A DNA stretch of 64,000 nt, from positions 167,822-231,821 of the forward strand of contig DYJD01000003.1 of NCBI GenBank assembly GCA_020723325.1, written 5' to 3'. A program made the translations under genes and the position numbers. The notes beneath the pieces were generated by a model, which saw only the letters and a list, made by a program, of their open reading frames with translations, was not told where the DNA came from and did not search any database. This document shows, piece by piece, positions 63,423 through 64,000 of this stretch (positions are counted from its first letter, which is position 1; each line of letters begins with the position of its first letter). The DNA comes from Desulfosudis oleivorans. GTDB lineage: Bacteria > Desulfobacterota > Desulfobacteria > Desulfobacterales > SURF-7.

Positions 63423-64000
63423 TTAGCGCACCGTAATTTCAACCCTGCGGTTCTGCTCTTCAGATACCCCGTCGGCTGTGGGTACCACCGGGTTTTCTTC
63501 ACCGTGGGATTCAATGTTGATGATCTTGGGATCAACGCCGAGCTTCATGATCGTTTCGGCGGTTTCCTTGGCACGGGTGAGGGCCAGTTTGGCATTTTTA
63601 TCCGCATCGCCGGCCCGATCCGTATGACCGATGACACTGATGTCATTTGAATTTCTGGTCTTGATGGTCTGCAGCACCTGGGGCAAGGATTTTTTGGAGT
63701 CTTCGGTCAACTCCGCAGTACCGCTTTTGAAGTAGAGTTTAAAGGTCACCGCCGGTGTAGGCTGAATGGCCATGGCCTCTTTGAAGGTTTTTTGAACCTG
63801 ATTTTTATCCAGCAGTACCGGGTCCGCCGGTTTCACATCCGGACCTGCGATTTCAGTGCCTTGATAGGCTTTATCCAGTACCTGTTCGCCTTTCTGGTTT
63901 TCCACCACCACTTGACCGACTTTTCCGTCTTGATCCGGCAAGAGAATGACCTGGGTTTTTCCAGCGCAAGCACCCATCCCAAACAAAAGCAGTAGAACCA
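63423..64000 (-). CDS. OmpA-family peptidoglycan-associated (lipo)protein, 5' end outside window
   Basis: C-terminal OmpA-like domain ISVIGHTDRAGDADKNAKLALTRAKETAE…NRRVEITVR. The frame stays open upstream of the track start and reads …VLLLLFGMGACAG (signal/lipobox) at the window edge. Confidence 0.85.
   Translation of the reverse strand, partial: VLLLLFGMGACAGKTQVILLPDQDGKVGQVVVENQKGEQVLDKAYQGTEIAGPDVKPADPVLLDKNQVQKTFKEAMAIQPTPAVTFKLYFKSGTAELTEDSKKSLPQVLQTIKTRNSNDISVIGHTDRAGDADKNAKLALTRAKETAETIMKLGVDPKIINIESHGEENPVVPTADGVSEEQNRRVEITVR

Noticed and set aside
1-64000. CRISPR arrays, tRNA/rRNA/tmRNA genes, integrons, prophage or IS elements with DDE transposases
   Set aside because: I saw no regularly spaced direct repeats, no tRNA T-arm/acceptor signatures, and no integrase or DDE transposase ORFs. 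The only transposase-like gene is the RAYT. This was a scan by eye, so short or degenerate elements could have been missed.

Overview
This 64-kb chromosomal window comes from what looks like an anaerobic Desulfobacterota-type genome. That assignment is inferred from gene content only: a tungsten-type aldehyde:ferredoxin oxidoreductase, a BcrA/BadF-type activase, and many PAS/HD-GYP signalling proteins. No search was run. I see no rRNA, tRNA, CRISPR array, prophage or IS element with a DDE-type transposase.

The dominant feature is an 11.3-kb minus-strand gene (6672-17993) encoding a 3773-aa polyketide megasynthase. Its domain order is AT-FAAL-ACP-KS-DH-KR-ACP-KS-ACP-R. It is followed in the same operon by a 990-aa double BcrA/BadF-type ATPase (activase) fusion and a 461-aa dehydratase-like partner (2291-6645). 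Upstream lies a 745-aa orphan protein with an XRE-like HTH. Beyond that, transcribed divergently, is an Fe-alcohol dehydrogenase / SCP2 / aldehyde:ferredoxin oxidoreductase trio. I consider this block (about 2.3-24.2 kb) the best candidate for an undescribed system.

The rest of the window contains:
- A frameshifted MBOAT gene.
- A small decay and mobility patch at 24.2-28.2 kb: vapBC, an efflux outer-membrane-factor remnant, a RAYT transposase with REP hairpins, a methyltransferase 5' remnant, and an AT-rich orphan gene.
- Two PAS/HD-GYP paralogs flanking a hybrid histidine kinase. They share an 873-bp perfectly identical tract followed by about 12% divergence.
- A TetR-controlled operon of alanine dehydrogenase, amidohydrolase and two class-III aminotransferases. 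The distal aminotransferase lacks the Schiff-base lysine.
- A stand-alone molybdopterin oxidoreductase.
- A solute-binding protein plus hybrid kinase pair.
- Two beta-oxidation-like gene groups.
- A second family of ~80-nt intergenic palindromic elements (four copies).

All calls rest on motif reading of the supplied translations and my own reading of the DNA. PKS domain borders are approximate (+/- ~30 nt).
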